DNA of 64,000 nucleotides from Candidatus Eiseniibacteriota bacterium (GCA_963783375.1 CAWANH010000029.1:192001-256000); one strand, 5' to 3'; shown: positions 1-9,477, numbered from the stretch's first letter. Notes: a model not told the origin generated them from the letters alone. Translations and numbers: made by a program.

Positions 1-805
1 CGACGTCGACCAGCGGACGAACTCCCTGGTGGTGACCGACATCGGTCCCCGGGTGGAGTCGGCGGTTGAGATGATCCAGCACCTGGACTCCCAGACTCCG
101 CAGGTCGAGATCGTGGCCAAGCTGGTTGACGTGGACGCCCGCTTCTCCCGCGACCTGGGAATCCTGTGGTCCGCCGGCGGCATCCACAACAGCGCAGGTG
201 CCTCCGCCGAGGGGACGGCCGGCTCGAACTCCGTGATCGATCCCGGCGGAGCGGTCCGCTTCGGCCTGGTGAAATCGTGGGGGACGGTCTCGGCGCTCCT
301 CTCCGCCCTGGAGCAGCAGAACAAGGCCAACATCATCTCCAACCCCCGTATCACCACGGTGAACAACCGCGAGGCGCGGATCCTGGTGGGGAAGAAGATT
401 CCGTTGATCGTACTCGACGAGGCCGGCAACGCGGTGACCCAGCTCACCACCATCGGCATCGCGCTGCGGGTGACCCCGCACATCAACGACAACAACCGGA
501 TCACCCTGGACCTCCATCCGGAGGTCTCGGATCTGGCCAGCCAGGCCACCGTCCAGGGCGGCGTCATCATCAATACCAGCGAGGCGGACACCCGGGTGAT
601 GGTGGACAACGGACAGACCGCGGTCATCGGCGGTCTCATCCGCTCCAACACCACCAGCGTGAACCGCGGCGTGCCGATCCTGAAGGACATCCCGCTTCTG
701 GGCGGGCTCTTCCGTGGGACCTCGGAGATCAAGGAGAAGCGCGAGCTCCTGATCTTCGTGACGCCGCGGATCATCAATTCCTTCGCGGCCGACAGCGGGA
801 ACTGA
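1..805 (+). CDS. Type IV pilus/T2SS secretin (PilQ/GspD family), C-terminal part; 5' truncated by window
   Basis: Secretin motifs QVEIVAKLVDV, ANIISNPRITTVNN, GIALRVTPHI, GVPILKDIPLLGGLF, ELLIFVTPRII; position before aroK is typical of pilQ. Confidence 0.9.
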   Translation, partial: DVDQRTNSLVVTDIGPRVESAVEMIQHLDSQTPQVEIVAKLVDVDARFSRDLGILWSAGGIHNSAGASAEGTAGSNSVIDPGGAVRFGLVKSWGTVSALLSALEQQNKANIISNPRITTVNNREARILVGKKIPLIVLDEAGNAVTQLTTIGIALRVTPHINDNNRITLDLHPEVSDLASQATVQGGVIINTSEADTRVMVDNGQTAVIGGLIRSNTTSVNRGVPILKDIPLLGGLFRGTSEIKEKRELLIFVTPRIINSFAADSGN

Positions 806-831
806 TGGCCTGAACGTCCCATTCTGAGGGT

Positions 832-871
832 GCGCCGCCGGTGCTGGAGGGCTCGGCGGCGCTTCCTTTTT
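832..871 (+). terminator. Intrinsic terminator after secretin
   Basis: GCGCCGCCG/CGGCGGCGC stem followed by TTCCTTTTT. Confidence 0.6.
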
Positions 872-901
872 GGGGGACCCCGGGGCGTCGATCCGGGTAG
901 C

Positions 902-1444
902 ATGAGGCCCATGTTCGCCCAGCCAACCCCGCGCCGGCTGGCCCTGGTGGGCCTCATGGGGGCGGGAAAGACCCGGGTGGGCCGGCTGGTGGCCTCGGCC
1001 CTGGCCTGGCCCTTCCACGACGCCGACCTCGTCCTGGCGGCGGAGGCGGGGCGTTCCGTGCCCGTGGTGTTCGCGGAAGAGGGTGAGGCGGGTTTCCGGC
1101 GCCGGGAGAGCGCGGTGCTGGCCGGATTGGCCGGCCGGGAACCTCCCATGGTGGTGGCGACCGGCGGAGGGGTGGTGGTGCGGCCGGAGAACCGCCGCCG
1201 GTTGTCCGAGGCCTTCCTGGTGGTCTGGCTCCAGGTGACCCCCGAGGAGGCGGCCCGCCGGCTGGCCCGCGGGCGGGGACGGCCGCTCTTGGCCGGGTCG
1301 AATCCGGTCGAGGTGCTCCGGGACCTGGCCGCCGCCCGAAACCCCTTCTACGCTCAGGTGGCCCGGGTGACGCTCAATACCGGCCCGTTGACCCGTCCCG
1401 AGGACATCCGTGACGAGATCCTGGCCGCGGTGGGCGAGTCCTGA
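902..1444 (+). CDS. aroK: Shikimate kinase
   Basis: GLMGAGKT Walker A, EGEAGFRRRE, VVATGGG, RPLL; ATG at 902 (or 911) preferred over ORF-track start 830. Confidence 0.93.
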   Translation: MRPMFAQPTPRRLALVGLMGAGKTRVGRLVASALAWPFHDADLVLAAEAGRSVPVVFAEEGEAGFRRRESAVLAGLAGREPPMVVATGGGVVVRPENRRRLSEAFLVVWLQVTPEEAARRLARGRGRPLLAGSNPVEVLRDLAAARNPFYAQVARVTLNTGPLTRPEDIRDEILAAVGES

Positions 1445-1455
1445 TGCGTGGAGCG

Positions 1456-1484
1456 TTGACGGTCGTCCGGCCTTCTGATAACTT
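1456..1484 (+). promoter_or_regulatory. Sigma70-type promoter for rsmD-coaD operon
   Basis: TTGACG-N17-TAACTT with extended -10 TG. Confidence 0.55.
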
Positions 1485-1613
1485 CAATCATTCAATGCGA
1501 TTAGCTAGGTTGCTCCCGCGGACCCGCTTCGGGTGGGCGCTTCGGGAGATCCCGGGTGGAGGCCGCATCGGGCAGGGGGCCGAACGGGCTTCGCCCCGGC
1601 TGTGGGGAGGACC

Positions 1614-2246
1614 ATGACGCGAGGGGGGACGTCCCGCACCGGGGTCCGGGTGATCGGGGGTGCGTTTCGGGGCCTTCGCCTGGCCACCCTCCCCGGTCTC
1701 GAGGTTCGACCCACCGCCGATCGGGTGAAGGAAGCGCTCTTTTCCATGCTGGATCCCCGGCTTCCCGGGGCCCGGGTCGTGGATTGCTTTGCCGGAACCG
1801 GAGCTCTGGGGATCGAGGCCCTCAGCCGGGGGGCGGCCCGGGTAGACTTCGTGGAGCAGGATCCGGCGAGCCTCGTTCTGTTGCGCGGTAACCTGGCGCG
1901 GCTCGGCGAAGGGACGGACGCCCGGATCCGGGTCTTCTCCCGCGACGCCCTCGCGGCCGGGACATGGAAGGGGGGTATCCTTCCCCTCGATCTGGTCCTG
2001 GCCGACCCGCCGTACCGGCGCGGGTTGGGAGAGGGGCTCTTGGGCGCTCTGGCCGAGGCGGCTCCCTGGCCGGCCGGCGCGACGGTGGTTCTGGAACACG
2101 AATCGGCGCGATCCCCGGCCCATCCGGCCTGGGTTCGAACCCGGGAGCGCCGGTACGGCGATACCGCGCTCTCGTTCTTCGAGCGGGCGGACCTGGAAGC
2201 GAAAGGGGAGCGTGATGAGAACGGGGATCTTCCCGGGCACCTTTGA
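1614..2246 (+). CDS. rsmD: 16S rRNA m2G966 methyltransferase
   Basis: VRVIGG, RPTADRVKEALF, DCFAGTGALGIEALSRGA, DPPY; GGAGG RBS before ATG 1614. Confidence 0.93.
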   Translation: MTRGGTSRTGVRVIGGAFRGLRLATLPGLEVRPTADRVKEALFSMLDPRLPGARVVDCFAGTGALGIEALSRGAARVDFVEQDPASLVLLRGNLARLGEGTDARIRVFSRDALAAGTWKGGILPLDLVLADPPYRRGLGEGLLGALAEAAPWPAGATVVLEHESARSPAHPAWVRTRERRYGDTALSFFERADLEAKGERDENGDLPGHL

Positions 2247-2694
2247 TCCGGTCACCCAGGGTCATCTGGACATTCTCAAACGGTCGCGCAAGGTGCTCGA
2301 CCGGATGGTGGTGGCGGTGGCCGCGGGCTACCACAAGGACACCCTGTTCAGCCTGGACGAGCGCCTGGACCTCTGGCGGCAATCGGTGGACGACATCGAA
2401 GGGGTGGAGATCATGGCCTTCGAGGGCCTTCTGGCCGACTTCGCCCGCGACCACGGAGCCTCGGCCATCGTGCGGGGACTCCGGTTCGTGAGCGATTTCG
2501 AGTACGAGTTCCAGCTGGCGCTCATGAACCGGCGGCTGGTTCCCGAGGTCGAAACCCTGTTCTTCATGCCCAGCCCGGAGTACTCGTTCCTGAATTCCAG
2601 CGTGATCAAGGAAGTGGCCCGCCTGGGGGGCGACGTTTCCGGGCTCGTGCCCGCGGCGGCCGTCAAGGCCCTCAAAGAGAAGCTCCGCTCATGA
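2212..2694 (+). CDS. coaD: Phosphopantetheine adenylyltransferase
   Basis: PGTFDPVTQGH, IVRGLRFVSDFEYE, SSVIKEVA. Confidence 0.96.
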   Translation: MMRTGIFPGTFDPVTQGHLDILKRSRKVLDRMVVAVAAGYHKDTLFSLDERLDLWRQSVDDIEGVEIMAFEGLLADFARDHGASAIVRGLRFVSDFEYEFQLALMNRRLVPEVETLFFMPSPEYSFLNSSVIKEVARLGGDVSGLVPAAAVKALKEKLRS

Positions 2695-3899
2695 AGCCGA
2701 TCAACGTCTCACCGCGTCTCCTCTCGCTGGCCGAGTCCCTCACCCTGGCCGTCGACGTCAAGGTCGCCGAGCGCGTGGCCCGGGGTGAGGACATCGTGAA
2801 CCTCGGAGTGGGCCAACCCGATTTCCCGACCCCCGCGTTCGTCCGCGAAGCGGCGGCCCGGGCGGTGGAGGCGGGGGCCACCCGCTACACGCCTCCCGGG
2901 GGGACGATGGAGCTTCGCGGGGCCGCGGCCGGGTTCTTCCGGGAGCGGAATGGTGTGGCGGGAGCGACCGCCGGAAACACGGTGGTCACCTGCGGAGCCA
3001 AGCATGCCCTCTACGAGGCCATGGCCGCCGTCCTCTGCCCGGGCGACGAGGTCCTCCTGCCGGTGCCCTACTGGGTGAGCTACCCGGAGCAGGTGAAGCT
3101 GGCCGAAGCGGTGCCCCGTCCGGTGGTCCCGGCCGACGGGCTCAAGATCACCCCCGCCGACCTCAGCCGGGTCGCCGGTCCCTCCACCCGGATGCTGGTC
3201 CTGAACAGCCCCAACAACCCCTCGGGACAGGTCTACGAGCGGGCGGAGATCGAGGCGCTGACGGAATGGTGCCTCGGGAACGATGTATTGATCCTGTCCG
3301 ACGAGATCTACGACCGCCTGGTCTTCGACGGCGCGGTCCCGGTGAGCCCGGCCTCCCTCGGACCCGAGGCCGAGGCGCGCACCATCACCGTGAACGGGGT
3401 GTCCAAGTCCCACTCCATGACCGGCTGGCGGATCGGTTTCCTCACCGGTCCGGCCCCGGTGGTGAGCGCCATTCTCCGCTTCCAGGGCCAGACCACCGGG
3501 AACCCGGCCGCCGCCTCCCAGGCCGCGGCCCTGGCCGCCCTGGCCGGTCCCGACGAGGTGGTGGAGGAGATGCGCCGGGCCTACCAGGCGCGGCGGGACC
3601 TGGTGGTGGAGGAGCTTTCGGGGACGGCGGGGCTGGAACTCTCGGTGCCCCGGGGCGCCTTTTATGCTTTTCCCAAGGTGGCCGAGGCGGTGCGGACGGC
3701 CGGGGGCTCGGTGGCCCTGGCCGGGCGCCTGGTGGAGGCCGGGGTGGCGGTGGTGCCCGGGGCGGGGTTCGGGGCCGACGACCACCTGCGATTGTCGTTC
3801 GCGGTGGGGGAGGATCGCTTGCGGGAGGGGATCCGCCGGCTCCGGCGCGGCCTGGAGGCGGCGCTCACCCAAGCGGAGACCGGTTCCAAAGGAGATTGA
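2691..3899 (+). CDS. PLP-dependent class I/II aminotransferase (aspartate aminotransferase-like)
   Basis: GQPDF, NSPNNPSG, SDEIY, SKSHSMTGWRIG. Confidence 0.9.
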   Translation: MKPINVSPRLLSLAESLTLAVDVKVAERVARGEDIVNLGVGQPDFPTPAFVREAAARAVEAGATRYTPPGGTMELRGAAAGFFRERNGVAGATAGNTVVTCGAKHALYEAMAAVLCPGDEVLLPVPYWVSYPEQVKLAEAVPRPVVPADGLKITPADLSRVAGPSTRMLVLNSPNNPSGQVYERAEIEALTEWCLGNDVLILSDEIYDRLVFDGAVPVSPASLGPEAEARTITVNGVSKSHSMTGWRIGFLTGPAPVVSAILRFQGQTTGNPAAASQAAALAALAGPDEVVEEMRRAYQARRDLVVEELSGTAGLELSVPRGAFYAFPKVAEAVRTAGGSVALAGRLVEAGVAVVPGAGFGADDHLRLSFAVGEDRLREGIRRLRRGLEAALTQAETGSKGD

Positions 3900-3907
3900 A
3901 GCCGACC

Positions 3908-4228
3908 ATGCCGACCTACGATTACGAATGCCGGAAGTGCGGACATCGTTTCGAGAAGTTCCAGGGGATCAACGACCCCGTCCTCAAGACCTGCCCCGAG
4001 TGCCGCTCCCGGAAGCTCAAACGCCTGATCGGGACCGGGGCCGGGATCATCTTCAAGGGGAGCGGGTTCTACGCCACCGACTACCGGAGCCAGGGCTACC
4101 GGGCCGCGGCAAAGTCGGACAACGCGGCAAACAGCGCCTCGGAGAAGACGCCCAAGGCGGAAAAGGGCGCCAAGAGCGAGAAGCCCGCCAAGCAAGCCAA
4201 GGAGACGGGCAAGAACGCCTCCAAGTGA
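3908..4228 (+). CDS. FmdB-family zinc-ribbon protein
   Basis: MPTYDYECRKCGH..CPEC..IIFKGSGFYATDY with Lys/Ala-rich tail. Confidence 0.9.
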   Translation: MPTYDYECRKCGHRFEKFQGINDPVLKTCPECRSRKLKRLIGTGAGIIFKGSGFYATDYRSQGYRAAAKSDNAANSASEKTPKAEKGAKSEKPAKQAKETGKNASK

Positions 4229-4279
4229 TCCCCGTTCATCCGTCCTTTCGCGCCCCCGGGGCGCCGATCCGAGGAAACC

Positions 4280-5308
4280 GTGGCCTACTTCGTCGATGAA
4301 GTCCGTTGTCGCGTGACGGCCGGGAACGGCGGGCACGGCCTCATCGCCTTCCGCCGGGAGAAGTACGTCCCCCGGGGCGGTCCCTGCGGGGGAGACGGCG
4401 GCAAGGGTGGGGACGTGGTGCTCCTGGTGGACCGGAACCTCCACACCCTCCTCGACGTCCGTTACCACCGGGAATACCGGGCGCCCCGCGGGCAGCACGG
4501 AGGCGGCTCGGAGCGGACCGGTCGTTCGGGGGAGGACCGGGTGCTCCGAGTTCCCCCCGGGACCGAGGTGCGGGATGCCGGGACCGGCGAGCTCCTGGCG
4601 GACCTGACCGAGGACGGCCAGCGGCTGGTGGTGGCGCGGGGAGGAAAGGGAGGTCGCGGAAACCAGCACTTCGCCACCCCCACCCTGCGCGCCCCCCAGA
4701 CCGCGGAGGACGGAGGCGTGGGGGAGACCCGGGAGATCGTGCTCACCCTGAAGCTTCTGGCCGACGTGGGGCTGGTGGGCTTCCCCAACGCCGGAAAGTC
4801 CACCCTCCTGGCCTCGATGAGCGCGGCCCGGCCCCGAGTGGCCGACTATCCGTTCACCACCCTGGAGCCGCACCTGGGCATCGTCGCCGCCGGGGAGTAC
4901 GCCTCCTTCGTCATGGCCGACATCCCCGGGCTCATCGAAGGGGCGAGCCGGGGAAAGGGGCTGGGGATCCAGTTCCTCCGCCACCTCGAGCGGACCCGGG
5001 TGCTTCTCTTCCTGGTCGATTGCCTCGACCCCGAGCCCGACGCCGCCCTGGCCGCACTCCGCAAGGAGCTGAGCGCCCATTCCAAGACCCTCGCCGCCAA
5101 GCCTTCCCTGACCGTTCTCACCAAGACCGACGTGCTGCCTCCCGGGGAGGACCCGCCGGGCCTGGCCCGGCTCTCCGCCGTTCCCCGGCTCATTTCATCC
5201 CATTCGAGACGGGGACTGGAGGAGCTGGCCCGGGAGTTGTATCGTTTGGTCCAGGACGCCGCCGACCCGGAAGACGAATCCGATCCGGCCGGCTGGTCGC
5301 CCGAGTGA
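4280..5308 (+). CDS. obgE: GTPase Obg
   Basis: Gly-rich Obg domain ([12 protein letters not shown]), [23 protein letters not shown]. Confidence 0.96.
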   Translation: MAYFVDEVRCRVTAGNGGHGLIAFRREKYVPRGGPCGGDGGKGGDVVLLVDRNLHTLLDVRYHREYRAPRGQHGGGSERTGRSGEDRVLRVPPGTEVRDAGTGELLADLTEDGQRLVVARGGKGGRGNQHFATPTLRAPQTAEDGGVGETREIVLTLKLLADVGLVGFPNAGKSTLLASMSAARPRVADYPFTTLEPHLGIVAAGEYASFVMADIPGLIEGASRGKGLGIQFLRHLERTRVLLFLVDCLDPEPDAALAALRKELSAHSKTLAAKPSLTVLTKTDVLPPGEDPPGLARLSAVPRLISSHSRRGLEELARELYRLVQDAADPEDESDPAGWSPE

Positions 5309-5360
5309 ACCCCTTGACGCGGGATCGAGACCGCCGCCCTCTCCCGTCACCGGAGCGGAA

Positions 5361-5948
5361 ATGGATGACTTGAACAGCGTCTTACCCGATCAGTTCATGG
5401 ACACCCTCAAGCGGCGGAACCTCGAGGGCAAGCGGGCGTTGATCGCCGACCTCCGTCGCCGGAAATCGGAGAAGGCGGCGGAGATCCTGGTGGACATCCT
5501 GGAGGAGGACTCCTGGTACCTGCGCGAGCTGGCGGTGGAGGCCCTGACCGACGTGATCGATACCGCGGCCCCCCGGCTCACCAAGCTCCTCGATTCCGGA
5601 CTCTGGTACACCCGGGCCGCCGCCGCCCGCGCCCTGGGAAAGGGGGGGCACGTGGCCAGCCTCCCGCGGCTGGTGGGCTTGCTGGGCGAGAGCAACAAGA
5701 CGGTTCAGGGAGCGGCCCTGGCCTCGGTGGCCGATCTGGTGCGCGAGGGCCACGCTCCCGAAACCGCCCGGCTCATCTGGGCCCAGGGCGCGCGCCGCGC
5801 CGAGGAGCTGAAGCGGCTCCTCCTGGCCGTCCACCCCGACGCCGGGGGGCCGGTGGCCGAGCTCCTGGCCGACCCCTCCTCGTTCCTGAAGGAGGTTCCG
5901 GTCCGGGAGGAAATCCCTTCCGAGGATACGGCTCGCCGGAACGCCTGA
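5361..5948 (+). CDS. HEAT-repeat protein
   Basis: Repeated L-x-D-x-x-W-Y-x-R-x-x-A-x-x-A-L units. Confidence 0.75.
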   Translation: MDDLNSVLPDQFMDTLKRRNLEGKRALIADLRRRKSEKAAEILVDILEEDSWYLRELAVEALTDVIDTAAPRLTKLLDSGLWYTRAAAARALGKGGHVASLPRLVGLLGESNKTVQGAALASVADLVREGHAPETARLIWAQGARRAEELKRLLLAVHPDAGGPVAELLADPSSFLKEVPVREEIPSEDTARRNA

Positions 5949-6024
5949 CCCGTCCGTTCCCCGCGATCCAGTCCGCGCCTCCCCCCGCGGCCCGAACACA
6001 CCTCTCCGTCCATGGAGTCAATCC

Positions 6025-6915
6025 ATGGAAGACGCCCGCATCCGGCTCCTCGAGGGGGAAGCGATCCCCCCATGCCTTCGCGCCCTGGAACGACCCTGCC
6101 GCCGGCTCCACGCGCTCGGCGCCCTCCCCCCCGCGACCCTGCCCCGGGTGGCCATGGTGGGAAGCCGAAGCCCTTCTCCCGGGGGGCGCCGGACCGCCTA
6201 CGAGATCGCCCGGGGCCTCGCCCGGGCCGGGGTGGTGGTGGTGAGCGGCCTGGCCCGAGGCATCGACGCCGCCTCCCATCGCGGAGCCCTGGACGGTGGG
6301 GGGATCACCGTGGCCTTCCTCGGGAACGGCGTGGACGTGATCTACCCGAAGTCGAGCCGTGATCTCGCCGCCGCCATCCCCGCCCGGGGAGCCCTGGTGA
6401 GCGAGTACCCTCCCGGAACGGCGCCGGTGCCGTGGCGGTTCGTGGCCCGGAACCGATTGGTGGCCGCCTACACCGTGGGGACGGTGGTGGTGGAGGCGGG
6501 GGCCCGGAGCGGCGCGCTGATCACCGCCGGGCTCGCCGCGGGGTTGGGCCGGGAACTGTGGGCGGTGCCCGGTGATCCGGCGCGCCCGGGGACGCGGGGG
6601 AGCAACCGCCTGCTCCGGGACGGGGCCGGGGTGGTCCTGGACGCCCTCGACGTTCTGGCCGGGCTCGGGCTGGCCGGCTCCCCGGATCCGGAAGGGGAAG
6701 GGGCTCCCGGGCCTCCCCCCGGCCTCTCTCCCGCCGAGGACTCGGTGTGGCGCGCGCTGGCGCGGGGGGGTACCGCGGATCCCGAAGCCCTCACCCGGCG
6801 GACGGGGCTCCCCGCCGCCGCGCTGCTCGAGACCCTCTCCATCCTGGAGCTGGCCGGTCACGTGGAGCGGAACGAGGAGGGATACGGCCTGGCTTCCCGT
6901 CCCCCCGGTTTCTGA
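6025..6915 (+). CDS. dprA: DNA-processing protein DprA
   Basis: VAMVGSR, VVSGLARGID, RNRLVA, VVEAGARSGALITA, C-terminal winged helix. Confidence 0.93.
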   Translation: MEDARIRLLEGEAIPPCLRALERPCRRLHALGALPPATLPRVAMVGSRSPSPGGRRTAYEIARGLARAGVVVVSGLARGIDAASHRGALDGGGITVAFLGNGVDVIYPKSSRDLAAAIPARGALVSEYPPGTAPVPWRFVARNRLVAAYTVGTVVVEAGARSGALITAGLAAGLGRELWAVPGDPARPGTRGSNRLLRDGAGVVLDALDVLAGLGLAGSPDPEGEGAPGPPPGLSPAEDSVWRALARGGTADPEALTRRTGLPAAALLETLSILELAGHVERNEEGYGLASRPPGF

Positions 6916-6950
6916 GGACGACGTGGCCGGGCCCGTACCTTCCGGGGGTG

Positions 6951-6986
6951 AAAAAAAACGGCGAGACGGCCGGAGCCGTCCCGCCG
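6951..6986 (-). terminator. Intrinsic terminator for minus-strand secreted-protein genes
   Basis: On the - strand, CGGCGGGACGGC-TCCG-GCCGTCTCGCCG followed by T8. Confidence 0.8.
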
Positions 6987-7017
6987 AAGAGGCGGGGGAC
7001 GTTCCGCTTCGGCGATG

Positions 7018-7590
7018 CTACCGGTACAGCGCCTTCACGCGGCCCCAGGTGGTGGACTCGGCGGGCACCGGACCCGCGGGCGCCGTCACTCCGGCGTCGG
7101 ATCCCGAAGTGGAAACGGCGTCGTAGTTCTGGGAGCCGGGGAGTGCGGGGCACCCCCAGGTGAAGTCCACCGAGAACGCGGTTTCACAAGAGCTCTGGGC
7201 TACGCGGGCCGCGGTGACCAGGGTGCGGAACCGCATCCGCCAGTTGTTGTCCGGGGCGGTGGGACCCACCTGGGTCGCGGTCCAGCTGGCGGGGGCCGAG
7301 GTTCCGGTGAGACTGGCGCAAAGCACGTTGTTGGAGTTGAAGAAGACGTCGAGCTCGCGGATGCCGGTGGAGAATCCGACATTGCAGAGTTCGTAGGTGT
7401 ATCGCCACTGGTTGGTGCCGGGCTGGTCCCCGCCGGCCGGGAACGGATCGCCGGCACCGTACTCAACCCAGCTGCCGCTCTCGTAGTGGAAGAGATGATA
7501 GGTGACGCCGGTCTGCTGGGCGACGGCCGAAGCGGCCGGGATCGCTCCCAGGGCCATCGCCAGGACCAGGGTCGTTAGCCGGATCTTCAT
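7018..7590 (-). CDS. Secreted protein with beta-rich domain and C-terminal PAESTTWGRVKALYR motif
   Basis: Sec signal peptide (MKIRLTTLVLAMALGAIPAASAVA), GGAGG RBS, lower-Arg protein-like composition. Confidence 0.85.
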   Translation of the reverse strand: MKIRLTTLVLAMALGAIPAASAVAQQTGVTYHLFHYESGSWVEYGAGDPFPAGGDQPGTNQWRYTYELCNVGFSTGIRELDVFFNSNNVLCASLTGTSAPASWTATQVGPTAPDNNWRMRFRTLVTAARVAQSSCETAFSVDFTWGCPALPGSQNYDAVSTSGSDAGVTAPAGPVPAESTTWGRVKALYR

Positions 7591-7682
7591 GTTCTGCCTC
7601 CTCCGATTTCTGGGACCCTCGTGCAGCGTGTCGCGCGCGGGGGAGGTGTGGAGGCCGGGCGCGCCGCCCGGCCTCCGTCGAT

Positions 7683-9257
7683 CTATCTGGCCAGGAGCAG
7701 CTTCTGGGTGAAGACGCCGCTCTCCCCGGTCAGGCGATAGAAGTAGAGCCCGTTGGCCAGCGCGCGCCCGTCGGCCGCGGTGCCGTCCCAGCGCACGGTG
7801 GTTTCACCGGCGGACACGATCCCGTCCACCAGGGTTCGCACCCTCCGTCCCTGGACGTCGAAGATGTCCAGGCGCGCCGCGCCCGTCTCAGAGGTCCGGA
7901 ACCGGATCTGGGTGCCGGCGGCCCGCACCGGGTTCGGGAAGTTGGGGAGGAGCTGGGTGTGGTCGGGAAGCCGCGCGATGTCGACTCCCGGGGACCCGTA
8001 GGTGTAGTTGGGGGTCGCGGGCGGGATGAGTCCCGCCGCCACCATGTGGCCGTTGTTGATCTCGTCGGCGATGGTCTTGGCGGTCTCGTCGTTGGCCGAG
8101 TTGCCGTCCGCGATCAGGTCCCAACAGTAGGTGACGGCCTGGGACACCGTGGAACCGTCCGAGCTGATCACCTGGTCCTGGCCGATCCCCAGGGACACCA
8201 CGTTGAGCAACAGGGCCATGAGCTGCTGCCGGGCCCGAAGCTCCATCTTCTTCCCGCCGTGGACGGTGAGGATCTCCTGGGCGGTCTCGAGCTTGGTGGT
8301 GGCGTCGGTGGCCGCGGCGAGGGCGTAGACGCCGACCGGATGGACCGGGTTCTCGGCGAAGTGGGCGGTGATGGCGTCCAGGTAGCCGAGGAACGTGGAG
8401 TAGGGAACCTGGGCCTTTCCCTTGCCGACCAGCCACGCGTTGGCCTGGTGCTTCCAGTAGCCGATGGTTCGGGGTGAGTTCTCGGCCTCCTGGCAGGCCA
8501 GGGCCGCGTCGACCGACTGGCCCTGGGTCGCGGACAGGTCGCCCGGATCCTCGTAGCCGATGGGGGTGGAGAGGCTCACGGAATAGGTGCCGGGGGGCAG
8601 GTTCTCGAAGGAGTAGCTCCCGTCGGCGGCGGTGATGGTGGAGGCCACCAGTTCGTTGAGGGAATCATAGAGGTCCACCACCACCGGGGAGAGCGGCAGG
8701 CCGCTGCAGTCCGAGGTGATCACCCCGCTCACCGGCGGGAAGTTGACCTCGACCACCGTCGAGCGCCCTTCGTGGGCGTAGCCGTCCAGCGCCTCGAAGA
8801 ACTGGTCGCCGGGGATGCCGGATCCCTTCCATAGGAAGGTCACCGAGAATCCGGTCCGGGTCTGCCCGGGAAGGATCGCGCCCGACCCGCTGGCGTTGAA
8901 GAAGTCGACCACCCAGGGGTTGGGATCGGGATCCTCGAACACGTCCGCGGTCCAACCCGAGGGGCCGGCAGCGCTGCCGGAGAACCCGACGGAGTTGTTG
9001 AAGTCGGTGTTGTCGCCCAGAAAGACCACGCCGCTGTCGGGGTCGCTGTCGAAGAAGACGAGGAGCTCGATCACCGACGGGGTCACCGCGTTGTTGGTGA
9101 GGCTGTAGTCGTACCGGTAGATCGAGGTGGACCCGGGTCCGGGGCCGACGTAGGTGAGGGTGGCCTCCAGGGTTGCGTCCTGGGCGGAAGCGATGCAGGG
9201 AAGCGCCACGAAAACCAGCAGGGCAAGCGCGATCCACGCGCCGGGGCGGCGAAGCAT
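7683..9257 (-). CDS. Secreted multidomain protein: beta-rich domain, carboxypeptidase-regulatory-like domain, RTIGYWK domain, FlgD-Ig/T9SS-like C-terminal domain
   Basis: AAGGAGG RBS and signal peptide from ATG 9257; C-terminus PNFPNP..IFDVQGRRVRTL..WDG..GLYFYRL..QKLLLAR. Confidence 0.85.
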   Translation of the reverse strand: MLRRPGAWIALALLVFVALPCIASAQDATLEATLTYVGPGPGSTSIYRYDYSLTNNAVTPSVIELLVFFDSDPDSGVVFLGDNTDFNNSVGFSGSAAGPSGWTADVFEDPDPNPWVVDFFNASGSGAILPGQTRTGFSVTFLWKGSGIPGDQFFEALDGYAHEGRSTVVEVNFPPVSGVITSDCSGLPLSPVVVDLYDSLNELVASTITAADGSYSFENLPPGTYSVSLSTPIGYEDPGDLSATQGQSVDAALACQEAENSPRTIGYWKHQANAWLVGKGKAQVPYSTFLGYLDAITAHFAENPVHPVGVYALAAATDATTKLETAQEILTVHGGKKMELRARQQLMALLLNVVSLGIGQDQVISSDGSTVSQAVTYCWDLIADGNSANDETAKTIADEINNGHMVAAGLIPPATPNYTYGSPGVDIARLPDHTQLLPNFPNPVRAAGTQIRFRTSETGAARLDIFDVQGRRVRTLVDGIVSAGETTVRWDGTAADGRALANGLYFYRLTGESGVFTQKLLLAR

Positions 9258-9331
9258 ACGGGACCTCCTTGGCGAGAAAACAAAGCAGCAGCGCACGAAG
9301 CAATTTCCCGGTGGGGAGACCGGACACATAG

Positions 9332-9360
9332 AGTGTAACATGATTTCAATAAGACAGCAA
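9332..9360 (-). promoter_or_regulatory. Sigma70-type promoter for secreted-protein pair
   Basis: On the - strand, TTGCTG-N17-TACACT with extended -10 TG, in an AT-rich patch. Confidence 0.5.
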
Positions 9361-9447
9361 GGTTTTGCAATGAGCCGGAAATTGCGGAATACCGCGCCGT
9401 CCGGATCCCGCGGAACGGCGCTGCGGCGCCGGGCCCCGCGGCGGGCT

Positions 9448-9477
9448 TTGACACGACTTTCCAGGGTCGGCTATTCT
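9448..9477 (+). promoter_or_regulatory. Sigma70-type promoter for mqn operon
   Basis: TTGACA-N18-TATTCT. Confidence 0.55.
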
